64,000 nt of DNA from assembly GCA_051313645.2 (NCBI GenBank), contig JBNRSN020000028.1:15004001-15068000 (forward strand), given 5' to 3'. A program made the position numbers and the translations under genes. This DNA is from Centroscyllium fabricii. Lineage: Eukaryota. Below the pieces are notes generated by a model, which saw only the letters and a list, made by a program, of their open reading frames with translations, was not told the origin of the DNA and did no database searches. How positions within the stretch are numbered: position 1 is the stretch's first letter; every line of letters starts with the position of its first letter. This document shows, one piece after another, positions 24,971-38,000 of this stretch.

Positions 24971-27900
24971 AGGGAGTCGTACTGGTGAGCCGAACTCCGA
25001 TTAGACTCTCTTCTAATTCACGGCCTTTGTGCCAGGCTCGACTTCTTCTGCCGTCAGGATCTCGGAAGTTTGCCATATTTATCGACTCGGGGGCAGATGT
25101 TAATATCATTGATAAGGACCTGGTTACACAGTTGGGGATCGACCGGTGTCCACTGCCGCAACCTGTTGCTGCCAACGCTCTTGATGGCCACCTTCTGGGA
25201 ACAGTGACTCATCAGACGTCGCCCATTCACTTATTGTTTTCAGGGAATCATCATGAAAGCATTCGGTTCCATATCCTGGATTCGCCTCAGCTTCCTCTTA
25301 TTCTGGGACACGCATGGCTTCGTCGTCACAATCCCCACATTGACTGGAAAACGGGAGCCATTTTGGGTTGGAGTCATTCCTGTCACCAAGTCTGCTTAAA
25401 ACAAGCCACTGGAGGTCGTCAGTCGGTCACACCTCTTCCCAGTTCTGATCTCTCTGCGGTTCCTACCGAGTATCATGATTTCAGGGAGGTATTTAGTAAG
25501 GCTAGAGCCACTTCGCTACCTCCACATCGCCCATACGATTGTGCTATTGATTTATTACCAGGCTCCTCTCCACCCAGGGGGCGCCTGTATTCACTATCGG
25601 CACCTGAGAGGAGGGCCATGGAGGTCTATATCGAGGACTCAATATCTGCTGGGATCATCCGTTCTTCCTCTTCTCCAGCAGGGGCAGGATTCTTCTTCGT
25701 TGGCAAGAAGGACGGTTCGCTCCGGCCGTGTATCGATTATAGAGGACTTAATGATATCACTATCAAGAATCGGTATCCTCTGCCTCTTATCTCGTCAGCA
25801 TTTGAATTAATTCAGGGAGCTACCATCTTTTCTAAATTGGATCTGCGCAACGCGTACCATCTGGTCCGGATAAGAGAGGGCGATGAGTGGAAAACCGCTT
25901 TCAACACTCCGTCTGGCCATTACGAATATCTAGTTATGCCGTTCGGGTTAACCAACGCCCCGGCGGTATTTCAAGCCCTGGTCAACGACGTTCTTCGGGA
26001 CATGCTGAATATTTTTGTTTTTGTGTACATGGACGATATTCTGATATTTTCAAAGACTCAGGAGGAACATGTGCATCACGTACAGACGGTTTTGCAAAGG
26101 CTTCTAGAAAACTCTTTATTTGTAAAAGCCGAGAAATGTGAGTTTCATGTGACCACCGTTTCATTCCTGGGCTATATCATCGCGCAGGGGAGCGTGCGAA
26201 TGGACCCGGAGAAGGTGACAGCCGTTACGTCTTGGCCTAGTCCGGAGAATCGCAAGCAATTACAACGGTTCTTGGGTTTCGCTAACTTTTACCGAAGAAT
26301 TATTCGGGGCTATAGCACGGTAGCGGCACCATTATCGGCGCTTACATCTTCTAAGGTGCCATTCAGATGGTCTATCGCTGCTGAGGAGTCGTTTAAGGAA
26401 CTCAGGTCCCGCTTTACTTCGGCTCCCATTCTGCAGGTGCCTGACCCGGATCAACAATTTGTAGTAGAGGTGGATGCATCGGATGTGGGAGTTGGAGCCA
26501 TCTTGTCGCAGAAGTCAGTTTCGGACCAGAAGATCCATCCATGTGCCTTCTTCTCCAAGCGTCTTTCACCAGCAGAAATGAATTATGATATCGGGGACAG
26601 AGAATTGCTGGCGGTCAAGATGGCCTTAGAGGAGTGGCGCCACTGGCTGGAGGGGACCAAGCTGCCATTTCTTGTGTGGACGGATCACAAAAATTTGGAG
26701 TATATACGTACGGCCAAAAGGCTAAATTCACGTCAGGCTAGGTGGTCTCTTTTTTTTACGCGATTCCACTTCACCCTCTCCTACAGGCCTGGCTCCCGCA
26801 ACATCAAACCCGATGCTCTATCGCGCCTATTTACGAGAGAGGAGGGTTCCGCCCCAGGGCCAGACCTCATTTTGCCAGCCTCCTGCCGTATTGCTGCGGT
26901 TACATGGGAGATCGAGGAGAGGGTAAGAGCAGCTGCGGGGGAGCAGGGCGGGCCCAGCGGTTGTCCTCCCGACCGTTTGTTTGTGCCTAAGAACATTCGA
27001 TCGGATGTCCTTCAGTGGGCTCATGCGTCCAAGCTGTCCTGCCATCCTGGGGCACTCAGGACCAAGGAGGTGATTTTGCGAAGGTTCTGGTGGGACACGC
27101 TAGAGGAGGATACTCGGAATTTCGTCAATGCCTGTCCGATTTGCAACCAGCACAAGTCTTCTCGGCGGGCACCTGCTGGCCTGCTTCAACCATTGCCTAT
27201 ACCCCATCGGCCTTGGTCTCACATAGCCCTGGATTTTGTCACAGGACTACCCTCATCCAAGGGACTGACCACGGTGCTAACGGTGGTGGACAGGTTTAGC
27301 AAGATGGCACATTTTATACCCTTGGCTAAGCTGCCCTCTGCTAAAGAAACTGCAGAGCTCATGTTGCAGCACGTGTTTCGGCTTCATGGGCTTCCGGTGG
27401 ATGTGGTGTCTGATCGAGGTCCCCAATTTACTTCGATATTTTGGAGGGAATTCTGCAGTCTCATCGGGGCCAAGGTCAGTCTGTCGTCGGGATTCCATCC
27501 CCAGTCTAATGGACAATCGGAGAGGATGAATCAGGAGATGGAGAAGGCACTTCGGTGCATGATCTCCAAAAATCCCTCTTCCTGGTCCACATTACTATTG
27601 TGGGTGGAGTATGCGCACAACACGCTGACTAGTTCCGCTACAGGACTTTCGCCCTTTCAGTGCGCATATGGGTTCCAGCCTCCATTGTTTCCGGACCTAG
27701 AGAAGGAGGTATCTTGTCCGTCCGTCCAGGACTTCATCCAACGATGCCACAGGACATGGGAACAAGCGCGGATGTCGCTGCTTCGCTCGGCGGATCGATA
27801 CTCGGCTTCGGCCAACCGTCGTCGTTCTACTGCTCCGGAGTATCGGGTCGGGCAGAAGGTTTGGCTCTCCACAAAGGATCTGCCTCTCCAAGTGGAGTCC

Positions 27901-28443
27901 AAAAAACTCGCTCCCAGATTTATCGGACCGTTCGTGGTTGAAAGGATCATTAACCCCGCTGCGGTACGACTCAAGCTCCCCAAGTCCATGAGGGTTCATC
28001 CCACTTTCCACGTATCACGTATAAAGCCTGCTCAGGAGAGTGCCTTAGTACCCGTTTCCGCACCCCCTCCACCTCCTCGTATGCTCGACGGTGGATTAGT
28101 GTACACGGTCCGTCGTTTGCTTGACTCCCGTCACCGAGGAAAGGGACTTCAGTACCTAGTGGACTGGGAAGGGTATGGTCCTGAGGAGAGGTCCTGGGTC
28201 CCTGCTCGGAATATCATGGATCCCAAACTTATTTCCGACTTTCGCAAACAGCACCCTGGTCAACCGAGAAAGGGGAGGGCGATTCCTAGGAGACCTGGAC
28301 AGGTTTTCGACCCCATTTTGAGTCAGGTGGACCTGGACGATAGGGTGGCATCTGATGACGAGGGCCCTGAAATAATGGGGCAGGATGATTCTGTTTCACC
28401 AGATGAGGAGATGGACATTGACAAGAGACCCGAAAATTGTTAG
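24901..28443 (+). CDS. pol: Pol polyprotein: aspartic protease, RT, RNase H, integrase, chromodomain (probably made as a Gag-Pol fusion from ~24950)
   Basis: Uninterrupted 1180-aa frame: FIDSGAD (D at 25084), MPFGL, YMDD (26026-26037), [22 protein letters not shown] (H..CH..CPIC), [39 protein letters not shown]...[15 protein letters not shown]. Confidence 0.97.
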   Translation: MPILWSGRPFCRRMPGKRPDSPVEGVVLVSRTPIRLSSNSRPLCQARLLLPSGSRKFAIFIDSGADVNIIDKDLVTQLGIDRCPLPQPVAANALDGHLLGTVTHQTSPIHLLFSGNHHESIRFHILDSPQLPLILGHAWLRRHNPHIDWKTGAILGWSHSCHQVCLKQATGGRQSVTPLPSSDLSAVPTEYHDFREVFSKARATSLPPHRPYDCAIDLLPGSSPPRGRLYSLSAPERRAMEVYIEDSISAGIIRSSSSPAGAGFFFVGKKDGSLRPCIDYRGLNDITIKNRYPLPLISSAFELIQGATIFSKLDLRNAYHLVRIREGDEWKTAFNTPSGHYEYLVMPFGLTNAPAVFQALVNDVLRDMLNIFVFVYMDDILIFSKTQEEHVHHVQTVLQRLLENSLFVKAEKCEFHVTTVSFLGYIIAQGSVRMDPEKVTAVTSWPSPENRKQLQRFLGFANFYRRIIRGYSTVAAPLSALTSSKVPFRWSIAAEESFKELRSRFTSAPILQVPDPDQQFVVEVDASDVGVGAILSQKSVSDQKIHPCAFFSKRLSPAEMNYDIGDRELLAVKMALEEWRHWLEGTKLPFLVWTDHKNLEYIRTAKRLNSRQARWSLFFTRFHFTLSYRPGSRNIKPDALSRLFTREEGSAPGPDLILPASCRIAAVTWEIEERVRAAAGEQGGPSGCPPDRLFVPKNIRSDVLQWAHASKLSCHPGALRTKEVILRRFWWDTLEEDTRNFVNACPICNQHKSSRRAPAGLLQPLPIPHRPWSHIALDFVTGLPSSKGLTTVLTVVDRFSKMAHFIPLAKLPSAKETAELMLQHVFRLHGLPVDVVSDRGPQFTSIFWREFCSLIGAKVSLSSGFHPQSNGQSERMNQEMEKALRCMISKNPSSWSTLLLWVEYAHNTLTSSATGLSPFQCAYGFQPPLFPDLEKEVSCPSVQDFIQRCHRTWEQARMSLLRSADRYSASANRRRSTAPEYRVGQKVWLSTKDLPLQVESKKLAPRFIGPFVVERIINPAAVRLKLPKSMRVHPTFHVSRIKPAQESALVPVSAPPPPPRMLDGGLVYTVRRLLDSRHRGKGLQYLVDWEGYGPEERSWVPARNIMDPKLISDFRKQHPGQPRKGRAIPRRPGQVFDPILSQVDLDDRVASDDEGPEIMGQDDSVSPDEEMDIDKRPENC
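24946..24998 (+). promoter_or_regulatory. Predicted -1 ribosomal frameshift signal (slippery site plus H-type pseudoknot)
   Basis: pol is in the -1 frame relative to gag. G GTA AAA at 24946-24952; stem 1 CTCACCAGTA (24960-24969)/TACTGGTGAG (24980-24989); stem 2 GGAGT (24973-24977)/ACTCC (24994-24998). Confidence 0.75.
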
Positions 28444-28507
28444 TTCCTTCTCCCCGCCAACCCGGTTGTAGGCGATTGGGTTTTGGGGACGTCAGGTGGC
28501 GTCCCTT

Positions 28508-28517
28508 AAGGGGGGGG
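28508..28517 (+). promoter_or_regulatory. Polypurine tract (plus-strand primer)
   Basis: AAGGGGGGGG ends 3 nt before the 3' LTR and is preceded by a GGGACGTC/GGCGTCCC hairpin (~28486-28505). Confidence 0.9.
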
Positions 28518-28520
28518 TTC

Positions 28521-29073
28521 TGTCATGGGTGGACTGTCACTTTAAATGTCTAGGCTGCAGTTCATTATTGGATCATCACCTATTGTAATGTAACACATCT
28601 GATTGGTCCATATTCTAGATATAAGCCACCTGTTAGCCCTAGGACTTTGTCGGAGTGTTATTTCTATGCTGCTGGTTTAAGAGTTCTGTTATTTCCTGTT
28701 ACCTGTTATTTCTGGAGTTATATTTGTATTCGTTTCCAATTCGTTTTTGGATTCCTGGTTCCTGCCGTGTGAGATTACCTGGTACACCGATCAAGGAGTG
28801 TCCTTTCCTGAACTGTGATTATTGGAAGTACTGCAGCACCAGACTTTTGGGCCTTGCTTTTTCAACCACCTAGGATTGGGGTTTGGACATTTGAACTCTG
28901 GCTTACCGGCTATCGGTATCTTGGACTACTGTTGCTTTATTGTGCATTGTGGATTATACTCTATGTGTTTTGATATCTTTATATGCACTGTTGTTATAAT
29001 TAGGATTAAAGCACCCATTTACTATAGACTGTCTCCAGTGTTCTGCTATTGGGTTCGTAACCGAACCATTACA
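28521..29073 (+). repeat. 3' LTR (553 bp)
   Basis: Direct repeat of 23444-23996. Candidate polyA signal ATTAAA at 29005-29010; followed by the TSD AGTGT. Confidence 0.97.
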
Positions 29074-32000
29074 AGTGTGTTGTCAGTGTGTCTTGTATCA
29101 GCAGGTGTCCGTGGTGAGGAAGGGATTGAGTTTGTTGCCAGTGTGCCTTGTATCAGCAGGAGTCCGTGGTGAGGAGGGGATTGAGTGTGTTGTCAGTGTG
29201 TCTTGTATTAGCAGGAGTCCGTGGTGAGATGAGGATTGAGTGTGTTGCCAGTGTGTCTTGTATTAGCAGGGTACGTGGTGAGGAGGGGATTGAGTGTGTT
29301 GTCAGTGTGCCTTGTATCAGCAGGAGTCCGTGGTGAGGAGGGGATTGAGCGTGTTGTCAGTGTGTCTTGTATTAGCAGGAGTCAGTGTTGAGGAGGGGAT
29401 TGAGTTTGTTGCCAGTGTGTCTTGTATCAGCAGGAGTCCGTGGTGAGGAGGGGATTGAGTGTGTTGTCAGTGTGTCTTGTATTAGCAGGAGTCCGTGGTG
29501 AGATGAGGATTGAGTGTGTTGCCAGTGGGTCTTGTATTAGCAGGGTACGTGGTGAGGAGGCGATTGAGTGTGTTGGCAGTGTGCCTTGTATCAGCAGGTG
29601 TCCGTGGTGAGGAGGGGATTGAGCGTGTTGTCAGTGTGTCTTGTATTAGCAGGAGTCCGTGGTGAGGAGGGGATTGAGCGTGTTGTCAGTGTGTCTTGTA
29701 TTAGCAGGAGTCCGTGGTAAGGAGGGGATTGAGTGTGCTGTCAGTGTGTCTTGTATTAGCAGGGGTCCGTGGTGAGGAGGGGATTGAGGGTGTTGTCAGT
29801 GTGTCTTATATTAGCAGGAGTCCGTGGTGAGGAGGGGATTGAGTGTGTTGTCAGTGTGTCTTGTATTAGCAGGAGTCCGTGGTGAGGAGGAGATTGAGTG
29901 TGTTGTCAGTGTGTCTTGTATTAGCAGGGGTCCGTGTTGAGGAGGGGATTGAGTTTGTTGTCAGTGTGTCCTGTATTAGCAGGAGTCCGTGTTGAGGAGG
30001 GGATTGAGTGTGTTGTCAGTGTGTCTTGTATTAGAGGAGTCCGTGGTGAGATGGGGATTGAGTGTGTTGTCACTGTGACTTGTATTAGCAGGAGTCCGTG
30101 TTAAGGAGGGGATTGAGTGTGTTGCCAGTGGGTCTTGTATTAGCAGGATCCGTGGTGAGGAGGGGATTGAGTGTGTGGTCAGTGTGTCTTGTATCAACAG
30201 GTGTCCGTGGTGAGGAAGGGATTGAGTGTGTTGTCAGTGTGTCTTGTATCAGCAGGAGTCCGTGGTGAGGAGGGGATTGAGTGTGTTGTCAGTGTGTCTT
30301 GTATTAGCAGGAGTCCGTGGTGAGATGAGGATTGAGTGTGTTGCCAGTGGGTCTTGTATTAGCAGGGTACGTGGTGAGGAGGGGATTGAGTGTGTTGTCA
30401 GTGTGTCTTGTATTAGCAGGAGTCCGTGGTTAGGAGGGGATTGAGTGTGTTGTCAGTGTGTCTTTTATTAGCAGGGGTCCGTGGTGAGGAGGGGATTGAG
30501 TGTGTTGTCAGTGTGTCTTGTATCAGCAGGGTCCGTGGTGAGGAGGGGATTGACTGTGTTGTCAGTGTGTCTTGTATTAGCAGAAGTCCGTGGTGAGGAG
30601 GAGATTGAGTGTGTTGTCAGTGTGTCTTGTATTAGCAGGGGTCCGTGTTGAGGAGGCGATTGAGTTTGTTGTCAGCGTGTCTTGTATTAGCCGGAGTCCG
30701 TGTTGAGGAGAGGATTGAGTGTGTTGTCAGTGTGTCTTGTATTAGAGGAGTCCGTGGTGAGATGGGGATTGAGTGTGTTGTCACTGTGTCTTGTATTAGC
30801 AGGAGTCCGTGTTAAGGAGGAAATTGAGTGTGTTGCCAGTGGATCTTGTATTAGCAGGCTCCGTGGTGAGGAGGGGATTGAGTGTGTTGTCAGTGTGTCT
30901 TGTATCAGCAGGTGTCCGTGGTGAGGAAGGGATTGAGTGTGTTGTCAGTGTGGCTTGTAGTAGCAGGAGTCCGTGGTGAGGAGGGGATTGAGCGTGTTGT
31001 CAGTGTGTCTTGTATTAGCAGGAGTCCGTGTTGAGGGGATTGAGTTTGTTGCCAGTGTGTCTTGTATCAGCAGGAGTCCGTGGTGAGGAGGGGATTGACT
31101 GTGTTGTCAGTGTGTCTTGTATTAGCAGGAGTCCGTGGTGAGATGAGGATTGAATGTGTTTCCAGTGGGTCTTGTACTAGCAGGGTACGTGGTGAGGAGG
31201 GGATTGAGTGTGTTGTCAGTGTGTCTTGTATCAGCAGGAGTCCGTGGTGAGGAGGGGATTGAGCGTGTTGTCAGTGTGTCTTGTATTAGCAGGAGTCCGT
31301 GGTGAGGAGGGGATTGAGCGTGTTGTCAGTGTGTCTTGTATTAGCAGGAGTCCGTGGTAAGGAGGGGATTGAGTGTGCTGTCAGTGTGTCTTGTATTAGC
31401 AGGGGTCCGTGGTGATGATGGGATTGAGGGTGTTGTCAGTGTGCCTTGTATTAGCAGGAGTCCGTGGTGAGGAGGGGATTGAGTGTGTTGTCAGTGTGTC
31501 TTGTATTAGCAGGAGTCCGTGGTGAGGAGGAGATTCAGTGTGTTGTCAGTGTGTCTTGAATTAGCAGGGGTCCGTGTTGAGGAGGGGATTGAGTTTGTTG
31601 TCAGTGTGTCTTGTATTAGCAGGAGTCCGTGTTGAGGAGGGGATTGAGTGTGTTGTCAGTGTGTCTTGTATTAGAGGAGTCCATGGTGAGATGGGGATTG
31701 AGTGTGTTGTCACTGTGTCTTGTATTAGCAGGAGTCCGTGTTAAGGAGGGGATTGAGTGTGTTGCCAGTGGGTCTTGTATTAGCAGGGTCCGTGGTGGGG
31801 AGGGGATTGAGTGTGTTGTCAGTGTGTCTTGTATCAGCAGGTGTCCGTGGTGAGGAAGGGATTGAGTGTGTTGTCAGTGTGTCTTGTAGTAGCAGGAGTC
31901 CGTGGTGAGGAGGGGATTGAGCGTGTTGTCAGTGTGTCTTGTATTAGCAGGAGTCCGTGTTGAGGAGGGGATTGAGTTTGTTGCCAATGTGTCTTGTTTC

Positions 32001-35000
32001 AGCAGGAGTCCGTGGTGAGGAGGGGATTGAGTGTGTTGTCAGTGTGTCTTGTATTAGCAGGAGTCCGTGGTGAGATGAGGATTGAGTGTGTTGCCAGTGG
32101 GTGTTGTATTAGCAGGGTACGTGGTGAGGAGGGGATTGAGTGTGTTGTCAGTGTGTCTTGTATCAGCTGGAGTCCGTGGTGAGGAGGGGATTGAGCGTGT
32201 TGTCAGTGTGTCTTGTATTAGCAGGAGTTCGTGGTGAGGAGGGGATTGAGCATGTTGTCAGTGTGTCTTGTATTAGCAGGAGTCCGTGGTAAGGAGGGGA
32301 TTGAGTATGCTGTCAGTGTGTCTTGTATTAGCAGGGGTCCGTGGTGAGGAGGGGATTGAGGGTGTTGTCAGTGTGTCTTGTATTAGCAGGAGTCCGTGGT
32401 GAGGAGGGGATTGAGTGTGTTGTCAGTGTGTCTTGTATTAGCAGGAGTCCGTGGTGAGGAGGAGATTGAGTGTGTTGTCAGTGTGTCTTGTATTAGCAGG
32501 GGTCCGTGTTGAGGAGGGGATTGAGTTTGTTGTCAGTGTGTCTTGTATTAGCAGGAGTCCGTGTTGAGGAGGGGATTGAGTGTGTTGTCAGTGTGTCTTG
32601 TATTAGAGGAGTCCGTGGTGAGATGGGGATTGAGTGTGTTGTCACTGTGTCTTGTATTAGCAGGAGTCCGTGTTAAGGAGGGGATTGAGTGTGTTGCCAG
32701 TGGGTCTTGTATTAGCAGGATCCGTGGTGAGCAGGGCATTGAGTGTGTTGTCAGTGTGTCTTTTATCAACAGGTGTCCGTGGTGAGGAAGGGATTGAGTG
32801 TGTTGTCAGTGTGTCTTGTATCAGCAGGAGTCCGTGGTGAGGAGGGGATTGAGTGTGTTGTCAGTGTGTCTTGTATTAGCAGGAGTCCGTGGTGAGATGA
32901 GGATTGAGTGTTATGCCAGTGGGTCTTGTATTAGCAGGGTACGTGGTGAGGAGGGGATTGAGTGTGTTGTCAGTGTGTCTTGTATTAGCAGGGGTCCGGG
33001 TTGAGGAGGGGATTGAGCGTGTTGTCAGTATGTCTGGTATTAGAAGGAGTCCGTGTTGAGGAGGGGATTGAGTTTGTTGCCAGTGTGTCTTGTATCAGCA
33101 GGAGTCCGTGGTGAGGAGGGGATTGACTGTGTTGTCAGTGTGTCTTTTATTAGCAGGAGTCCGTGGTGAGATGAGGATTGAGTGTGTTGCCAGTGGGTCT
33201 TGTATTAGCAGGGTACGTGGTGAGGAGGGGATTGAGTGTGTTGTCAGTGTGTCTTGTATCAGCAGGAGTCCGTGGTGAGGAGGGGATTGAGCGTGTTGTC
33301 AGTGTGTCTTGTATTAGCAGGAGTCCGTGGTAAGGAGGGGATTGAGTGTGCTGTCAGTGTGTCTTGTATTAGCAGGGGTCCGTGGTGAGGATGGGATTGA
33401 GGGTGTTGTCAGTGTGTCTTGTATCAGCAGGGTCCGTGGTGAGGAGGGGATTGACTGTGTTGTCAGTGTGTCTTGTATTAGCAGTAGTCCGTGGTGAGGA
33501 GGAGATTGAGCGTGTTGTCAGTGTGTCTTGTATTAGAGGAGTCCGTGGTGAGATGGGGATTGAGTGTGTTGTCACTGTGTCTTGTATTAGCAGGAGTCCG
33601 TGTTAAGGAGGGGATTGAGTGTGTTGCCAGTGGGTCTTGTATTAGCAGGGTCCGTGGTGAGGAGGGGATTGAGTTTGTTGCCAGTGGGTCTTGTATTAGC
33701 AGGCTCCGTGGTGAGGAGGGGATTGAGTGTGTTTTCAGTGTGTCTTTTAGTAGCAGGAGTCCGTGGTGAGGAGGGGATTAAGCGTGTTGTCAGTGTGTCT
33801 TGTATTAGAAGGAGTCCGTGTTGAGGAGGGGATTGAGTTTGTTGCCAGTGTGTCTTGTATCAGCAGGAGTCCGTGGTGAGGAGGGGATTGACTGTGTTGT
33901 CAGTGTGTCTTGTATTAGCAGGAGTCCGTGGTGAGATGAGGATTGAGTGTGTTGCCAGTGGGTCTTGTATTAGCAGGGTACGTGGTGAGGAGGGGATTGA
34001 GTGTGTTGTCAGTGTGTCTTCTATCAGCAGGTGTCCGTGGTGAGGAGGGGATTGAGTGTGTTGTCAGTGTGTCTTGTATTAGCAGGAGTCCGTGGTGGGG
34101 AGGAGATTGAGTGTGTTGTCAGTGTGTCTTGTATCAGCAGGAGTCCGTGGTGAGGAGGGGACTGAGTGTGTTGTCAGTGTGTCTTGTATTAGCAGGAGTC
34201 CGTGGTGAGATGAGGATTGAGTGTGTTGCCAGTGGGTCTTGTATTAGCAGGGTACGTGGTGAGGAGGGGATTGAGTGTGTTGTCAGTGTGTCTTGTATCA
34301 GCAGGAGTCCGTGGTGAGGAGGGGATTGAGCGTGTTGTCAGTGTGTCTTGTATTAGCAGGAGTCCGTGGTGAGGAGGCGATTGAGCGTGTTGTCAGTGTG
34401 TCTTGTATTAGCAGGAGTCCGTGGTGAGGAGGGAATTGAGTGTGTTGTCAGTGTGTCTTGTATCAGCAGGAGTCCGTGGTGAGGAGGGGATTGAGTGTGT
34501 TGTCAGTGTGTCTTGTATCAGCAGGAGTCCGTGGTGAGGAGGGGATTGAGTGTGTTGTCAGTGTGTCTTGTATTAGCAGGAGTCCGTGGTGAGATGAGGA
34601 TTGAGTGTGTTGCCAGTGGGTCTTGTATTAGCAGGGTACGTGGTGAGGAGGGGATTGAGTGTGTTGTCAGTGTGTCTTGTATCAGCAGGAGTCCGTGGTG
34701 AGGAGGGGATTGAGCGTGTTGTCAGTGTGTCTTGTATTAGCAGGATTCCGTGGTGAGGAGGCGATTGAGCGTGTTGTCAGTGTGTCTTGTATTAGCAGGA
34801 TTCCGTGGCGAGGAGGGGATAAAGTGTGTTGTCAGTGTGTCTTGTATTAGCAGGAGTCCGTGGTTAGGAGGGGATTGAGTGTTTTTTCAGTGTGTCTTGT
34901 ATTAGCAGGGGTCCGTGGTGAGGAGCGGATTGAGTGTGTTGCCATTGGGTCTTGTATTAGCAGGGGTCCGTGGTGAGGAGGGGATTGAGCGTGTTGTCAG

Positions 35001-38000
35001 TGTGTCTTGTATTAGCAGGAGTCCGTGGTGAGGAGGGGATTGAGTGTGTTGTCAGTGTGTCTTGTATTAGCAGGGGTCCGTGGTGAGGAGAGGATTGAGT
35101 GTGTTGTCAGAGTGTCTTGTATTAGCAGGAGTCCGTGGTGAGCAGGGGATTGAGTGTGTTGTCAGTGTGTCTTGTATCAGCAGGGTCCGTGGTGAGGAGG
35201 GGATTGAGTGTGTTGTCAGTGTGTCTTGTATTAGTAGGGGTCCGTGGTGAGGAGGTGATTGAGTGTGTTGTCAGTGTGCCTTGTATTAGCAGGGTCCGTG
35301 GTGAGATGGGGATTGAGTGTGTTGTCAGTGTGTCTTGTATTAGCAGGAGTCCGTGGTGAGCAGGGGATTGAGTGTGTTGTCAGTGTGTCTTGTATCAGCA
35401 GGGTCCGTGGTGAGGAGGCGATTGAGTGTGTTGTCAGTGTGTCTTGTATTAGTAGGGGTCCGTGGTGAGGAGGTGATTGAGTGTGTTGTCAGTGTGCCTT
35501 GTATTAGCAGGGTCCGTGGTGAGATGGGGATTGAGTGTGTTGTCAGTGTGTCTTCTATTAGCAGGAGTCCATGGTGAGGAGGGGATTGAGTGTGTTGCCA
35601 GTGGGTCTTGTATTAGCAGGGTCCGTGGTGAGGAGGTGATTGAGTGTGTTGCCAGTGGGTCTTGTATCAGCAGGGGTCCGTGGTGAGGAGCGGATTGAGT
35701 GTGTTGTAAGTGTGTCTTGCATTAGCAGGAGTCCGTGGTGAGGAGAGGATTGAGTGTGTTGTCAGTGTGTCTTGTATTATCAGGGGTCCGTGGTGAGGAG
35801 GGGATTGAGGGTGTTGTCAGTGTGTCTTGTATTAGCAGGAGTCCGTGGCGAGGAGGGGATTAAGTGTGTTGTCAGTGTGTCTTGTATTAGCAGGAGTCCG
35901 TGGTTAGGAGGGGATTGAGTGTGTTGTCAGTGTGTCTTGTATTAGCAGAGGTCCGTGGTGAGGAGGGGATTGAGTGTGTTGTCAGTGTGTCTTGTATCAG
36001 CAGGGTCCGTGGTGAGGAGGGGATTGAGTGTGTTGTCAGTGTGTCTTCTATTAGCAGGAGTCCGTGGTGAGGAGGAGATTGAGTGTGTTGTCAGTGTGTC
36101 TTGTATTAGCAGGAGTCCGTGGTGAGGAGGGGATTGAGTGTGTTGTCAGTGTGTCTTGTATTAGCAGGAGTCCGTGGTGGGGAGGGGATTGAGTGTGTTG
36201 TCAGTGTGTCTTGTATCAGCAGGAGTCCGTGGTGAGGAGGGGATTGAGTGTGTTGTCAGTGTGTCTTGTATTAGCAGGAGTCCGTGGTGAGATGAGGATT
36301 GAGTGTGTTGCCAGTGGGTCTTGTAACTAGCAGGGTACGTGGTGATGAGGGGATTGAGTGTGTTGTCAGTGTGTCTTGTATCAGCAGGAGTCCGTGGTGA
36401 GGAGGGGATTGAGCGTGTTGTCAGTGTGTCTTGTATTAGCAGGAGTCCGTGGTGAGGAGGCGATTGAGCGTGTTGTCAGTGTGTCTTGTATTAGCAGGAG
36501 TCCGTGGTGAGGAGGGGATTGAGTGTGTTGTCAGTGTGTCTTGTATCAGCAGGAGTCCGTGGTGAGGAGGGGATTGAGTGTGTTGTCAGTGTGTCTTGTA
36601 TCAGCAGGAGTCCGTGGTGAGGAGGGGATTGAGTGTGTTGTCAGTGTGTCTTGTATTAGCAGGAGTCCGTGGTGAGATGAGGATTGAGTGTGTTGCCAGT
36701 GGGTCTTGTATTAGCAGGGTACGTGGTGAGGAGGGGATTGAGTGTGTTGTCAGTGTGTCTTGTGTCAGCAGGAGTCCGTGGTGAGGAGGGGATTGAGCGT
36801 GTTGTCAGTGTGTCTTGTATTAGCAGGAGTCCGTGGTGAGGAGGCGATTGAGCGTGTTGTCAGTGTGTCTTGTATTAGCAGGAGTCCGTGGCGAGGAGGG
36901 GATAAAGTGTGTTGTCAGTGTGTCTTGTATTAGCAGGAGTCCGTGGTTAGGAGGGGATTGAGTGTGTTGTCAGTGTGTCTTGTATTAGCAGGGGTCCGTG
37001 GTGAGGAGGGGATTGAGTGTGTTGCCAGTGGGTCTTGTATTAGCAGGGGTCCGTGGTGAGGAGGGGATTGAGCGTGTTGTCAGTGTGTCTTGTATTAGCA
37101 GGAGTCCGTGGTGAGGAGGGGATTGAGTGTGTTGTCAGTGTGTCTTGTATTAGCAGGGGTCCGTGGTGAGGAGAGGGTTGAGTGTGTTGTCAGAGTGTCT
37201 TGTATTAGCAGGAGTCCGTGGTGAGCAGGGGATTGAGTGTGTTGTCAGTGTGTCTTGTATCAGCAGGGTCCGTGGTGAGGAGGGGATTGAGTGTGTTGTC
37301 AGTGTGTCTTGTATTAGCAGGGTCCGTGGTGAGGAGGCGATTGAGTGTGTTGTCAGTGTGTCTTGTATTAGTAGGAGTCCGTGGTGAGGAGGTGATTGAG
37401 TGTGTTGTCAGTGTGTCTTGTATTAGCAGGGTCCGTGGTGAGATGGGGATTGAGTGTGTTGTCAGTGTGTCTTCTATTAGCAGGAGTCCATGGTGAGGAG
37501 GGGATTGAGTGTGTTGCCAGTGGGTCTTGTATTAGCAGGGTCCGTGGTGAGGAGGTGATTGAGTGTGTTGCCAGTGGGTCTTGTATCAGCAGGGGTCCGT
37601 TGTGAGGAGCGGATTGAGTGTGTTGTAAGTGTGTCTTGTATTAGCAGGAGTCCGTGGTGAGGAGGGGATTGAGTGTGTTGTCAGTGTGTCTTGTATTAGC
37701 AGGGGTCCGTGGTGAGGAGGGGATTGAGGGTGTTGTCAGTGTGTCTTGTATTAGCAGGAGTCCGTGGCGAGGAGGGGATTAAGTGTGTTGTCAGTGTGTC
37801 TTGTATTAGCAGGAGTCCGTGGTTAGGAGGGGATTGAGTGTGTTGTCAGTGTGTCTTGTATTAGCAGTGGTCCGTGGTGAGGAGGGGATTGAGTGTGTTG
37901 TCAGTGTGTCTTGTATCAGCAGGGTCCGTGGTGAGGAGGGGATTGAGTGTGTTGTCAGTGTGTCTTCTATTAGCAGGAGTCCGTGGTGAGGAGGAGATTG

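Larger units (their letters stand above)
23444..29073 (+). mobile_element. Full-length Ty3/Gypsy LTR retrotransposon, chromovirus (Tf1/sushi group)
   Basis: Two 553-bp direct LTRs (TG...CA), 5-bp TSD AGTGT (23439-23443 / 29074-29078), gag then pol in PR-RT-RH-IN-chromodomain order, PPT before the 3' LTR. Confidence 0.98.

Noticed and set aside
24317-28011. Antisense and alternate-frame ORFs within gag-pol
   Set aside because: Short shadow ORFs with no motifs, expected alongside a long coding frame.
24014-28443. Domesticated PEG10/RTL1-like host gene
   Set aside because: It is flanked by matching LTRs, a TSD, a PBS and a PPT and has an intact integrase, so it is a young transposon.
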